Positions 42,116 through 51,080 of a stretch of DNA of 64,000 nt are shown here, piece by piece. The DNA comes from Candidatus Eiseniibacteriota bacterium (lineage in GTDB: Bacteria; Eisenbacteria; RBG-16-71-46; JABDJR01). The stretch is taken from assembly GCA_963783375.1 (NCBI GenBank), contig CAWANH010000029.1:256001-320000 (forward strand), given 5' to 3'. Made by a program: the position numbers and the translations under genes. The first letter of the stretch is position 1. The number at the start of each line of letters is the position of its first letter. The notes below the pieces were generated by a model. The model did not search any database. It saw only the letters and a list, made by a program, of their open reading frames with translations, and was not told where the DNA came from.

Positions 42116-43251
42116 GACGTGCGCTTCCCGCGGCGCTCGTGGCGCTCCTGGTCACGGCGCCTCCGTTCGCTGCGGGGGCGGGAACGGCTTTTCTCCCCGA
42201 TTCCCCGGCCGCCGCCCCGGCGCCCGCGACGACCGGCGCCGACTCGACCGCGTCCGCCCCCGCGGAGACCCTCAAGGTCGAGGCCTCCATTCATCCCGCG
42301 GTGGTGAAGGTCGGCGAGCGGGTCTCGGTGCGCTTCGCGGTCCCGCTCCCCGACACCACCGCGAGGCTGATCGGCCCGCCGGCTCCCACGAGCTTCGGTG
42401 AACTGGACGTGGTGAAGTCGGGGCCGGCTCCGGCGGGAGCGGACAGCGCGGGGTGGGCGATGGACGTGGCCCTCTTCCAGGCCGGGGACCAGACCCTGAG
42501 CGCGATCCCCTTCCTCCTGGTGAGCCGGAGCGGGCGGCGGCCGGTGCGCCTGCTGCCGTATTCGCTATCGGTGGAGTCCACCCTTCCCGACACCGGAAAG
42601 GCCGCGCTTCGGGACATCGCCCCGCCGGCTCCGGTGGAGACCCGCTGGCGGTGGGGGAGGATCGCGATCGCCCTGCTCGTCCTGGGCGCCCTGGCCGCGG
42701 GCGTGGTGGTCTGGCGCCGCCGGCCGAAGCGCCCGGCGGTCCCGGTTCCGGTTTTCGAGCCCTCGGTCCCGCCCGAGGAGGCGGCCCTGACCGCGCTTCG
42801 GGAGCTGGAGCGGGAGTCGCTGGCCGCCCGCGGGCTCCTGAAGGAGCACTATGCGCGCCTGAGCCTGGTTCTCCGCGCCTACCTGGAGCGGCGTTTCGGC
42901 CTCCCCGCGGTCGAATCCACCACCGAGGAGATTCGCGATGGGCTGGCCCGGTCTCCGGTTCTCGGCGACGAGGAAGCGCGGGAACTCCTGGCCCTCTTCG
43001 ACGAGGCGGACCTGGTGAAGTTCGCCCGCCACGAGCCCGGCGCGGCGGCGGGGGCGGACGCCCTGGTTCGGGGGCGGCGCTGGATCGAGGCCCGGCTGGC
43101 GGGGAGGCGGGCGGCGGCGCGCCCGGCCCCGCCGGCGGGCGTCGCCCCGACGGCTCCGGCCCCGGGGGGCGGGCCGCCGCCCGCCGGCGCCGAGGCCTCG
43201 GCGGTCGAACACCCGGCCGGGGCGGGCCCGGGCGAGGGGGAGGCCGGCTGA
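42112..43251 (+). CDS. Bat-operon membrane protein (signal peptide, Ig-like domain, TM helix, DUF4381-like cytoplasmic domain)
   Basis: LRDI.PP before TM helix, then A...L..L, Y..LS..LR.YLE.RF..PA.E.TT.E, ADLVKFA; typical gene between DUF58 and batA. Confidence 0.8.
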   Translation: MRRALPAALVALLVTAPPFAAGAGTAFLPDSPAAAPAPATTGADSTASAPAETLKVEASIHPAVVKVGERVSVRFAVPLPDTTARLIGPPAPTSFGELDVVKSGPAPAGADSAGWAMDVALFQAGDQTLSAIPFLLVSRSGRRPVRLLPYSLSVESTLPDTGKAALRDIAPPAPVETRWRWGRIAIALLVLGALAAGVVVWRRRPKRPAVPVPVFEPSVPPEEAALTALRELERESLAARGLLKEHYARLSLVLRAYLERRFGLPAVESTTEEIRDGLARSPVLGDEEARELLALFDEADLVKFARHEPGAAAGADALVRGRRWIEARLAGRRAAARPAPPAGVAPTAPAPGGGPPPAGAEASAVEHPAGAGPGEGEAG

Positions 43252-44231
43252 TGCGCTTCGCCGACCCCCTGTTCCTCCTGGCTCTGGTTCCCCTGGCCCT
43301 CGTCTTCTGGTGGGACCTCCGTCGCCGGTGGGGGCGGGCGCGACTGGGCTATCCCGACGCCCGTTTCTTCCCGCGCCGCGGTTGGCGGGCCCGGGCGGTG
43401 GCCGCCACCCCGGCGCTGTTGGCGGCGGCGGGGACGCTCCTGATCGTCTCGCTGGCCCGCCCCCAGACCGGCACCGCGCGGAAAGAGGTGAAGAGCGAGG
43501 GAATCGACATCGTTCTCGCCCTGGACATCTCGGGGAGCATGCGGGCGGAGGACTTCAAGCCCCACAACCGGCTCTACGTGGCCAAGCAGGTGGCCCGGGA
43601 ATTCGTGGCCGCCCGGAGCGGCGACCGGATCGGGCTGGTGGTTTTCGCCGGCGGGGCCTATACCCAGTGTCCCCTGACCCTGGACTATGGGATCGTCAAC
43701 GATCTCCTGGAGCAGGTGGACTTCGGGGGGGTGCCCGACGGTACCGCCATCGGCATGGCGCTGGCCACGTCGGTGAACCGGCTTCGCGAAGCCAAGGGAA
43801 AGAGCAAGGTGGTGATCCTCCTCACCGACGGACAGAACAACGCCGGGGAGGTGGATCCGATCACCGCCGCCGAGGCGGCCCAGGCCCTGGGGGTCAAGGT
43901 CTACACCATCGGCGCCGGGAAGGACGGTCCGGCCCGGATCCCGGTCGACGATCCGGTGTACGGGCGGCGTTACGTCACCATCGACGCCAGCGTGGACGAA
44001 GCCACCCTGAAGAAGATCGCCGACATCACCGGCGGACGGTACTTTCGGGCCACCAGCGCCGAGGCCCTGGAGGGCATCTACAAGGAGATCGATCAGCTGG
44101 AGAAGAGCGAGGCGGAGACGGTGGAGTACGTGCAGTACGAGGAGAAGGGGCCGCTCCTGGCCCTGATGGCCGCGTTGGCCCTGGCCGGCGGGCTCCTGGT
44201 GGGGGAGACCGCGGTGAGCCGGATACCCTGA
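43251..44231 (+). CDS. batA: BatA-like VWA domain membrane protein
   Basis: MRFADP..L N-terminus, LARPQ, GIDIVLALDISGSM (MIDAS), DRIGLVVF, PLTLD, GTAIG, ILLTDG.NN.G, L..IA..TGG.YFRA. Confidence 0.92.
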   Translation: MRFADPLFLLALVPLALVFWWDLRRRWGRARLGYPDARFFPRRGWRARAVAATPALLAAAGTLLIVSLARPQTGTARKEVKSEGIDIVLALDISGSMRAEDFKPHNRLYVAKQVAREFVAARSGDRIGLVVFAGGAYTQCPLTLDYGIVNDLLEQVDFGGVPDGTAIGMALATSVNRLREAKGKSKVVILLTDGQNNAGEVDPITAAEAAQALGVKVYTIGAGKDGPARIPVDDPVYGRRYVTIDASVDEATLKKIADITGGRYFRATSAEALEGIYKEIDQLEKSEAETVEYVQYEEKGPLLALMAALALAGGLLVGETAVSRIP

Positions 44232-45286
44232 TGCTGTTCGGCGCCCCCGTCCTCCTCAAGCTCCTCTGGATCCTCCCCGCGCTCCTGGCCCTGGGGATCG
44301 CGGGGATCTGGCTTCGCCGCCGGCGCCTTCGCCGGTTCGTCGAGGCTCCGCTCTGGGGCCGGCTGTCGCCCGGGCGCTCGGGGACGCTTCGCCTCATCCG
44401 GTACCTCCTGGCCCTCGCCGCCTTCGCCTTCGCCGCGGTGGCCGCGGCCCGGCCCCAGGTGGGGGCGCGGCTGGTGCAGGTCGAGCGGCAGGGGATCGAG
44501 GTGGTGGTGGCGCTGGACGTGAGCCTCAGCATGGAGGCCACCGACGTGGTGCCGGATCGCCTGGAGCGATCGAAGCAGGAGATCCGCGAGCTCCTGGACG
44601 GGCTCAAGGGGGACCGGGTGGGGATCGTGCTGTTCAGCGGGTCCTCGTTCCTCCTCTGTCCCCTTACCCTGGACACCGGCGCGGCCAACCTGTTCCTGGA
44701 CACGGTGACCCCGGATGTCCTCCCGGACCCGGGCACCAACCTGGAGGAGGCGCTCCGGGGGGCGCGGAACGCGTTCGGGACCGACCTCTCCGGCCGCACG
44801 GGTCGCGCGGTGATCCTCTTCACCGACGGGGAATCCCACGTTGGCGACGTGGACGCCGCCGCCGGCCAGCTCAAGGATGACGGCATCCCCGTCCTCACCG
44901 TGGGGGTGGGGACCCCCAACGGCCAGCCGATCCCGGTCTACGACGCGGACGGCAAGCTCACCGGCTACAAGAAGGACCGCTCGGGGGAGGTGGTGCTGAG
45001 CCGGCTCGAGGAGCCCCTGCTCCGCCGGGTGGGCGAGAGTACCGGCGGCCGGTATTACCCCGCCACCCTGCAGGGGCACGAGGTCGGGCAGATGCTCGAC
45101 TACCTGGAAAAGCTGCAGAAGGGGGAGCTGGGGGGAGCGGTGCGCCGGCGGGTTGAGGAGCGGTACCAGGTCCCGGCGGCGGTGGCCGCGGTGCTTCTGT
45201 TCTTCGCGATCATGGTTCCCGAGGCGCGCCGGGTGGAGGAGGGGGAGTCCACCGAACCTCCCGTCGCCGAAGGGGGCCGCAAGTGA
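44231..45286 (+). CDS. batB: BatB-like VWA domain membrane protein
   Basis: ARPQ.G, ALDVSLSM.A.DV.P.RL, GDRVG...F.G, PLT.D, GT.L..AL, TDGE.H, G.GT..G.PIP, V.SRL.E..L. Confidence 0.92.
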   Translation: MLFGAPVLLKLLWILPALLALGIAGIWLRRRRLRRFVEAPLWGRLSPGRSGTLRLIRYLLALAAFAFAAVAAARPQVGARLVQVERQGIEVVVALDVSLSMEATDVVPDRLERSKQEIRELLDGLKGDRVGIVLFSGSSFLLCPLTLDTGAANLFLDTVTPDVLPDPGTNLEEALRGARNAFGTDLSGRTGRAVILFTDGESHVGDVDAAAGQLKDDGIPVLTVGVGTPNGQPIPVYDADGKLTGYKKDRSGEVVLSRLEEPLLRRVGESTGGRYYPATLQGHEVGQMLDYLEKLQKGELGGAVRRRVEERYQVPAAVAAVLLFFAIMVPEARRVEEGESTEPPVAEGGRK

Positions 45287-46125
45287 TCACCTTGACCGGC
45301 CGTTCCCTCATGACCTCGGTGTTCCTGCTCTCATTCTGGGAACTCCTTTCCCCCTTCATGGCTCCCGGTTCCCGCGAGGCGAGAAAGGGCGCCCGGAGCT
45401 ACGACCGGGGGGCGTGGGAGCAGGCGGTGGATCACTACACCCAGGCCCGCCGCGACCGGGATGATCCCGCGCTGGACTACAACCTCGGGGCCTCGGCCTA
45501 CCGCGACTCGAGCTATCAGGCGGCGGCGGACGCCTTCGCCGGTGCCCAGCGTTCGAAGACCCTCGCCCCGGGGCGGGCCGCCTTCAACCTCGGGAACGCG
45601 CGCTACCGGAACGGGGACCTGAAGGGGGCGCTCGAGGCCTACCGCGCGGCCCTCCGCGCCGATCCCGACTATGCCGACGCCCGGTACAACTACGAGCTGA
45701 CCCGGAAGGAGCTTCAGGCCAACCCCCAGAACCAGCAGAAGAACCCGCAGGGAAACCAGGGGAAGGACCAGAAGGGCCAGGGTCAGAAGGGCGAGGGGAA
45801 GGAATCCGCTCCGGACTCCACCGGGACCTCCAAGCCCGAGCCCTCCCCGGGGGATCAGGACTCCAGGGACCGGGAGCAGAAGGCCCGGGATCAGGCCGAC
45901 AACCGGGACCAGGAGAAGAACGAGCAGGATGCCGCGGCGGATACCGCGGCGGCGGACTCGACCGGGAAGAAGCAGGATCAGCCGGGGCAACCCGGGTCGC
46001 CGGCCCGGCTCCTGACCCCCCAGGAGGCGGCGCAGCTCCTGAACCAGATCACCCCGGAGGAGCGCGAACTTCTCCGGGCCCGGCTCAAGTCCACCCATCG
46101 GCGGAAGGCGGAGAAGGACTGGTGA
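45283..46125 (+). CDS. batC: BatC-like TPR protein with Q/K/D-rich low-complexity linker
   Basis: YNLG...Y, FNLGNA.Y..G....A..AY..AL..DP...DARYN.EL, Q-rich stretch, C-terminal EKDW. Confidence 0.88.
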   Translation: MITLTGRSLMTSVFLLSFWELLSPFMAPGSREARKGARSYDRGAWEQAVDHYTQARRDRDDPALDYNLGASAYRDSSYQAAADAFAGAQRSKTLAPGRAAFNLGNARYRNGDLKGALEAYRAALRADPDYADARYNYELTRKELQANPQNQQKNPQGNQGKDQKGQGQKGEGKESAPDSTGTSKPEPSPGDQDSRDREQKARDQADNRDQEKNEQDAAADTAAADSTGKKQDQPGQPGSPARLLTPQEAAQLLNQITPEERELLRARLKSTHRRKAEKDW

Positions 46126-47888
46126 GGCGCGCGTTTCCAATCCTCATGACGCTCACGATCCTGCTCACCGCGGCCCCGGCCTGGGCGGTCCAGGTCACCG
46201 CCACCCTCGACCGGGACACCGCGCACGTGGGGGAGCAGGTGGTGCTCACCGTGAAGGTCTCGGGCGGGGTCGGCTCCATTCCCGATCCCCGGCTGCCCGA
46301 TCTCGGGGCGAAGTTCGAAATCGTAAACGGAGGCACCTCCCAGAGTTTCTCGCTGTTGAACGGGCACATGAGCGCCTCGAAGACCGTGACCTACGCGCTC
46401 ATTCCCCGGCAGCCGGGCACCTTCACCATCGCCCCCATCGAGGCGCATCAGGGAAAGGACGTCTTCCGGGCCCCGCCGCTCAAGCTGACCGTGCTGGCCG
46501 GTTCGGCTCCCTCCACCGCACCCACCCCGCCGCCGGAGTCGGAAGGGGAGACCGGGTCCACCCGGGGGAGCGAGGACCTCTTCGTCCGGGCCACGGTGGA
46601 CAAGGCGAACCCCTATCTCAACGAGCAGGTGACCTACCGCGTCCGCCTCTACACCCGGGTCGGGCTCCTCGACAATCCGGGCTTCTCCGCCCCTACCACC
46701 CAGGGCTTCTGGAAGGAGGACCTGCCCGCTCTCCAACCCCGGGTGGAAACGGTGAAGGGCAAGCGCTACCGGGTGCTGGAAGTGGACATGGCGGTCTTCC
46801 CCACCACCCCGGGAAAGCTCACCATCGGGGAGTCGGTGCTGCAGTGCACCGTGCAGGGGGCGCCCCGGGCCAACGATCCGTTCTCGTTCTTCGGGAACAA
46901 CCCGTTCGATTCGAAACGGGTCACCCTGCGCACGGATCCGGTGGTCCTCACCGTGAAGCCGCTCCCACCGGGGGCGCCGCCCGAGTTCCACGGCACGGTG
47001 GGGGAGTACGGCCTCACCGCCTCGGTGAACAAGACCACGGTGGCCCAGAACGAACCCGTGACCTTCACCGTCAAGGTGAGCGGCGAAGGCAATCTCCGAA
47101 CCCTCGGCGACATCGAGCTTCCCAAGCTGTCCGACTTTCGCGCCTATCCTTCCCAGAGCAACGAGGAGACCACCAAGGGCGGCATGCGGATCGGGGGGAC
47201 GGTCACCCGTCAGTTCGTGCTGGTGCCGCTCAGCGCGGGGAGCAAGAAGATCCCCGCCCTCCGGGTGGCGACGTTCTCCCCCAAGAGCGGCGCCTACAAG
47301 GTGCTCGCCTCCGATCCGATCACCCTCGAGGTGACCCCCGGCGGAGGCTCGGGGGCGGCGGCCGGATCCGCGCCCCGGGGGGACATCGAGGTGCTGGGCC
47401 GCGACATCCGCTTCATCGAGACCGATGTTCCGGCGTTCGCCACCCGGGGCGGAGCCTGGGACCGCGCCCGGGTGTGGTTCTACCTGCTTCCGCTCCCCGC
47501 GGTGGGATACGCCGGGGTGTGGATGTTCGAGCGCCGGCGGAGACGGCTGGGGAAGGACGTGGCGCTTCGCCGGCGACTGGGGGCGGCCCGGGACGCCCGG
47601 AAGCTCCTGAAGCGCGCCGCCGGGGCCTCGGAGATCGAGCGGGTGGCCCGGGCGGGCGAGGCGGTTCGGAACTATCTCGCCGACCGCTACAACCTTCCTC
47701 GGGCCGGACTCCTGTTCGAGGATCTGGAGCATCGCCTCCGCGAGGACGGGGTGGAGACGGCCCCGCTTCGCGCCTTCCTCGATCGGGCCGACGCCGCCCG
47801 TTACGCTCCCGGCGCCGCGCGGGCGGCAGGAACCGACTGGCTGGCCGAGGGCCGACGGTGGGTCGACGCTCTGGAGAAGACGCGATGA
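46122..47888 (+). CDS. batD: BatD-family protein
   Basis: Signal peptide; V.A.LDR....VGE, SQS.S..NG, Y.L.P...G...I, L.VKPLP...P..F.G.VG.Y, V.G.GN, late TM helix. Confidence 0.9.
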   Translation: MRRAFPILMTLTILLTAAPAWAVQVTATLDRDTAHVGEQVVLTVKVSGGVGSIPDPRLPDLGAKFEIVNGGTSQSFSLLNGHMSASKTVTYALIPRQPGTFTIAPIEAHQGKDVFRAPPLKLTVLAGSAPSTAPTPPPESEGETGSTRGSEDLFVRATVDKANPYLNEQVTYRVRLYTRVGLLDNPGFSAPTTQGFWKEDLPALQPRVETVKGKRYRVLEVDMAVFPTTPGKLTIGESVLQCTVQGAPRANDPFSFFGNNPFDSKRVTLRTDPVVLTVKPLPPGAPPEFHGTVGEYGLTASVNKTTVAQNEPVTFTVKVSGEGNLRTLGDIELPKLSDFRAYPSQSNEETTKGGMRIGGTVTRQFVLVPLSAGSKKIPALRVATFSPKSGAYKVLASDPITLEVTPGGGSGAAAGSAPRGDIEVLGRDIRFIETDVPAFATRGGAWDRARVWFYLLPLPAVGYAGVWMFERRRRRLGKDVALRRRLGAARDARKLLKRAAGASEIERVARAGEAVRNYLADRYNLPRAGLLFEDLEHRLREDGVETAPLRAFLDRADAARYAPGAARAAGTDWLAEGRRWVDALEKTR

Positions 47889-48652
47889 GGGGAAGCCGGA
47901 TCGTTCGAATTCTGGTGGGACTTCTCGGTGTTCTCGTTGCCGGGGCCGCGTCGGCGGCCCCGCCCCCCGGCGCGGCGGAAGGGTATCTCCAGGGGAACAA
48001 GCTCTACCAGTCCGGGGACTTTGCGGGGGCGGCCAAGGCCTACGAGGGGGTCCTGGCCCAGGGGGTCACCGCCCCCGAGCTGGAGTACAACCTGGGCAAC
48101 GCCTATCTGAAGGCCGGGGACGTGGGGCGGGCCATCCTCCATTACCGCCGGGCGCTCAAGCTGGAGCCGACATTCGAAAGTGCACTGGCGAACATCAAAT
48201 ACGCCCGATCCTTGACCCAAGACGTCAAGCCGGAGGATCCCGGCGAGGGCCGCTGGTCCTGGATCTCGCGGCTCAGGCTCGGGCCCTCGGTCGCCGCGTT
48301 CCTTCTCCTGGCCGTGGTGACCGCGTTCGCGGCGGTGGCCGCCCTTCGTCTGACCTCCTGGCGAGGCCGCGCCGGGGCCACCGTGCTCCAGGCGGTTCTG
48401 GGAGGGGTGGCGGTACTCCTGGTGGCGGCGTTGATCTTCGAGTGGAGCCAGATCGAGGGCGCCCGGGAAGGCGTGGTGGTGGCCCAGGACATCGACGTCC
48501 GTTCGGGGCCGGGGGACCGCTACACCGTCTCCTTCCGACTCCATCCCGGCACCGAGGTCGAAATTCTCCGTCAAACCGCGGGCTGGCGCGAGGTCAGGGT
48601 CTCGGATAGGCTCCAGGGGTGGATGCCGGACGACGCAGTGGCGGCCATCTGA
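47885..48652 (+). CDS. batE: BatE-like TPR + SH3b protein
   Basis: GN..Y..G.F..A...Y, YNLGNAY.K.G..G.AIL.Y.RAL.L.P, two TM helices, VRSGP......F.LH.GT.V......GW..V.....GW. Confidence 0.88.
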   Translation: MRGSRIVRILVGLLGVLVAGAASAAPPPGAAEGYLQGNKLYQSGDFAGAAKAYEGVLAQGVTAPELEYNLGNAYLKAGDVGRAILHYRRALKLEPTFESALANIKYARSLTQDVKPEDPGEGRWSWISRLRLGPSVAAFLLLAVVTAFAAVAALRLTSWRGRAGATVLQAVLGGVAVLLVAALIFEWSQIEGAREGVVVAQDIDVRSGPGDRYTVSFRLHPGTEVEILRQTAGWREVRVSDRLQGWMPDDAVAAI

Positions 48653-48686
48653 GCGCGCCGCCGGTCCGCCCTTCCATCGCAATGCC

Positions 48687-51080
48687 ATGACCCTCAGGAA
48701 GAAGTTCGCCCTCGGATTGGGAACCCTCCTCGCGGTGATCGTCGTTCTGGCGATCGCCGCACGCTTCGTGATCCGACCCGAACGGCTGAAGGAGGTCGCC
48801 CTGAGCCGGGCCCGCGCCACCACCGGCTACGCCATCGAGGCCGGCCCGGCGCGGATCCATCTTGGAACCTCCGGAATCGGCGTCCGGGTCGAGGACCTCC
48901 GGGCCGTCGCTCCCGACTCCTCCCAACGGATCCGCATCGCGTCCACCGATCTGTACCTGAAGCTCCTCCCCCTGCTGGGCCGGCGGGTGGAGCTTCGCCA
49001 GGCGACGCTTCACCGCCCGGTGCTCGAGCTTCGCCCCGCCGCCTCCGCACCGCCTACCCCGGGAGGGCCGGGGACGACCCCGCCAGCCGGCTCTCCCGCG
49101 TTCGCCTTCCTGGCCGTGGAACGATGGTCGGTGGACGAGGGCACCTACGTGCAGACCGGACCCATGGGAACCCTCACCCTGAACGCGGTGGATCTCACCG
49201 GGGGGTTCTCCTGGACCGCGGAGACCGGGGCGGCCGGGACCGCGCGGGGAACGGTGGGGAACGGCCTCTGGAGCGGCGCGGCCGGCGCCTTCGGACTTCC
49301 CGGTTTTCGGGCCCGGGCCGACTTCGATCTGAACGCGGCCGGAGACAGCCTGGATCTTTCCTCGATCACGGTGGAGAGCGGTGACGTGGCGGCGCGGCTC
49401 TCCGGTTCCTTCACCCGGGTGGGGGCCGAGTGGCCGGGAGCCCTGGAGGGACGAGTCGAACCGGTGGGCTGGGACGCGATCCGCGCGATCCTGCCCGAAG
49501 AGGATCTGGCCGCGTTGGCCGGAGCCGATCTGGACGGACGCTTCGCCCTTCCCGGCTTCCGCATCGAACACACCGAAGCCGGAGAGAATCGGGTCTCCGG
49601 CCGCCTCGTCTTTTCCGAGGTCTCGCTGAAGGCCCCCTCCGCCCCCCTGGGGCTCACCGGAGCCGAGGGCCGGGTGGACTTCGCCCCCGGAGTGGTGGCC
49701 ATGGAGAAGGCTAAGGGCCGCCTCGGGGACCACGGCATTTCCATTTCCGCCCGCCTGGAAGGGACGCCGCCGTCCCGGATCGAGGTCTCGGTGGCCACCC
49801 GGATCGACGGCGCGACCCTGGCCGGGCTCCTCCCTGCCTCGGTCCCCCTGACCCTGACCGCGGGGACGGTGGACCTCGATCTCTCCGCCGCCGGCCCGTT
49901 CCCGGTGGCGCCCGCCCGCCTTCCCGAGCTCACCGGCACCGTGGACCTGGCCGGGTTCGCGGGGACCTACCGGGAGATTCCGATCGGCAAGGGACGGGGG
50001 CGACTCCGCTTCGCAGGCCACGCGGTCGAGGTTCGGGACTTCGGGGCATCGCTGGGGCGTTCCGACTTCGCGGTGAACGGCACCATGGCCGATCTTGCCC
50101 GGCCGGACCTTCACTTCACGTTGAACTCCGACCGCCTGGACCTGAACGAGCTGTTCCCCGAGGCCGCCGCCTCCGGGGACACCGCGGGAAGCGCTCCTCC
50201 GGTGGGCGTTCCCGGGACCGGCACCGTCCGTGTGGGGAGTCTGCGCTTCCGGGAGACCGAGCTCCGGGAGGTGACCGCGAAGGTGACGGCGGGGCTGGAC
50301 GGGGTGCGCGCCGAGGACATCGCGGCCGAGCTGTACGGCGGCGCGGCAACCGGCCGGGTGGCCCTGGCTCCGGTGGAGGACGGGCGCGCGTGGCGCTACG
50401 AGGGCCGGGTCGCCCTGAAGGGGGTCCAGGTGGGGAACGTGCTGGCCGACTGGACCCCGCTGGGGAAGCGGGTGGAGGGGACGGCGTCGGCCGCGATGAC
50501 CTTCAGCGGACGCGAGGGACCGGGCGCCGATCCCCTCCGCGCCCTCGAACTTTCCGGCACCACCGACGTCGGCCAGGGGGCGATCCTGAACGTCCCCGCC
50601 CTCCGATCCCTCGCCACCTACCTGGACCTCAAGGAGGCGGCGGGCGATCGATGGCCCTTCCGGAACCTCGCTGCGGCCTTCGCGGTGAAGGACGGCCGGC
50701 TGATCCTCGATACCCTGCGGGTGGCCCAGACCGGGCTGGGATGGGCGCTCGGTGGGACGGTGGGTCTCGACGGGACCCTGGCCCTTTCCGGGATCCTTCT
50801 CGCCGATCCCGCCCGGATCGATCTTCCCTCCGAGTTCCAACTCCTCGCCCCCTACGTGGCCCAGGCCGACGGGAGGATTCCCGTGGACTTCAAGCTCACC
50901 GGAGAGGCCGCTTCACCCGTGGTGAGCGTGGACTGGGACGCGCTGGCCCGGCGCGCAACGGAGAAAGCCCGGACGGATGAGCGGGAGAAGCTTCAGAAGG
51001 AGCTGGAGAAGTCCATCACCGATCCACAGGCCCTGGACAAGCTCAAGAAGCTCCTGGGGGGGAAGAAGGGGAACCGTTGA
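48687..51080 (+). CDS. AsmA-family protein (N-terminal TM anchor, AsmA-like C-terminal region)
   Basis: N-terminal anchor; L.L.LLPLL.RRVE.....L..P.LEL (AsmA N-terminus); L.S..LDLNEL; LYGG...G; G.V.LDGTL...G; P..F..TG....P.V..D. Confidence 0.85.
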   Translation: MTLRKKFALGLGTLLAVIVVLAIAARFVIRPERLKEVALSRARATTGYAIEAGPARIHLGTSGIGVRVEDLRAVAPDSSQRIRIASTDLYLKLLPLLGRRVELRQATLHRPVLELRPAASAPPTPGGPGTTPPAGSPAFAFLAVERWSVDEGTYVQTGPMGTLTLNAVDLTGGFSWTAETGAAGTARGTVGNGLWSGAAGAFGLPGFRARADFDLNAAGDSLDLSSITVESGDVAARLSGSFTRVGAEWPGALEGRVEPVGWDAIRAILPEEDLAALAGADLDGRFALPGFRIEHTEAGENRVSGRLVFSEVSLKAPSAPLGLTGAEGRVDFAPGVVAMEKAKGRLGDHGISISARLEGTPPSRIEVSVATRIDGATLAGLLPASVPLTLTAGTVDLDLSAAGPFPVAPARLPELTGTVDLAGFAGTYREIPIGKGRGRLRFAGHAVEVRDFGASLGRSDFAVNGTMADLARPDLHFTLNSDRLDLNELFPEAAASGDTAGSAPPVGVPGTGTVRVGSLRFRETELREVTAKVTAGLDGVRAEDIAAELYGGAATGRVALAPVEDGRAWRYEGRVALKGVQVGNVLADWTPLGKRVEGTASAAMTFSGREGPGADPLRALELSGTTDVGQGAILNVPALRSLATYLDLKEAAGDRWPFRNLAAAFAVKDGRLILDTLRVAQTGLGWALGGTVGLDGTLALSGILLADPARIDLPSEFQLLAPYVAQADGRIPVDFKLTGEAASPVVSVDWDALARRATEKARTDEREKLQKELEKSITDPQALDKLKKLLGGKKGNR

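Noticed and set aside
45715-46000. Repetitive CAG/AAG/GAC-rich DNA
   Set aside because: Encodes the low-complexity Q/K/D linker normal for BatC; no discrete repeat unit or spacer structure, so not CRISPR or a tandem repeat.
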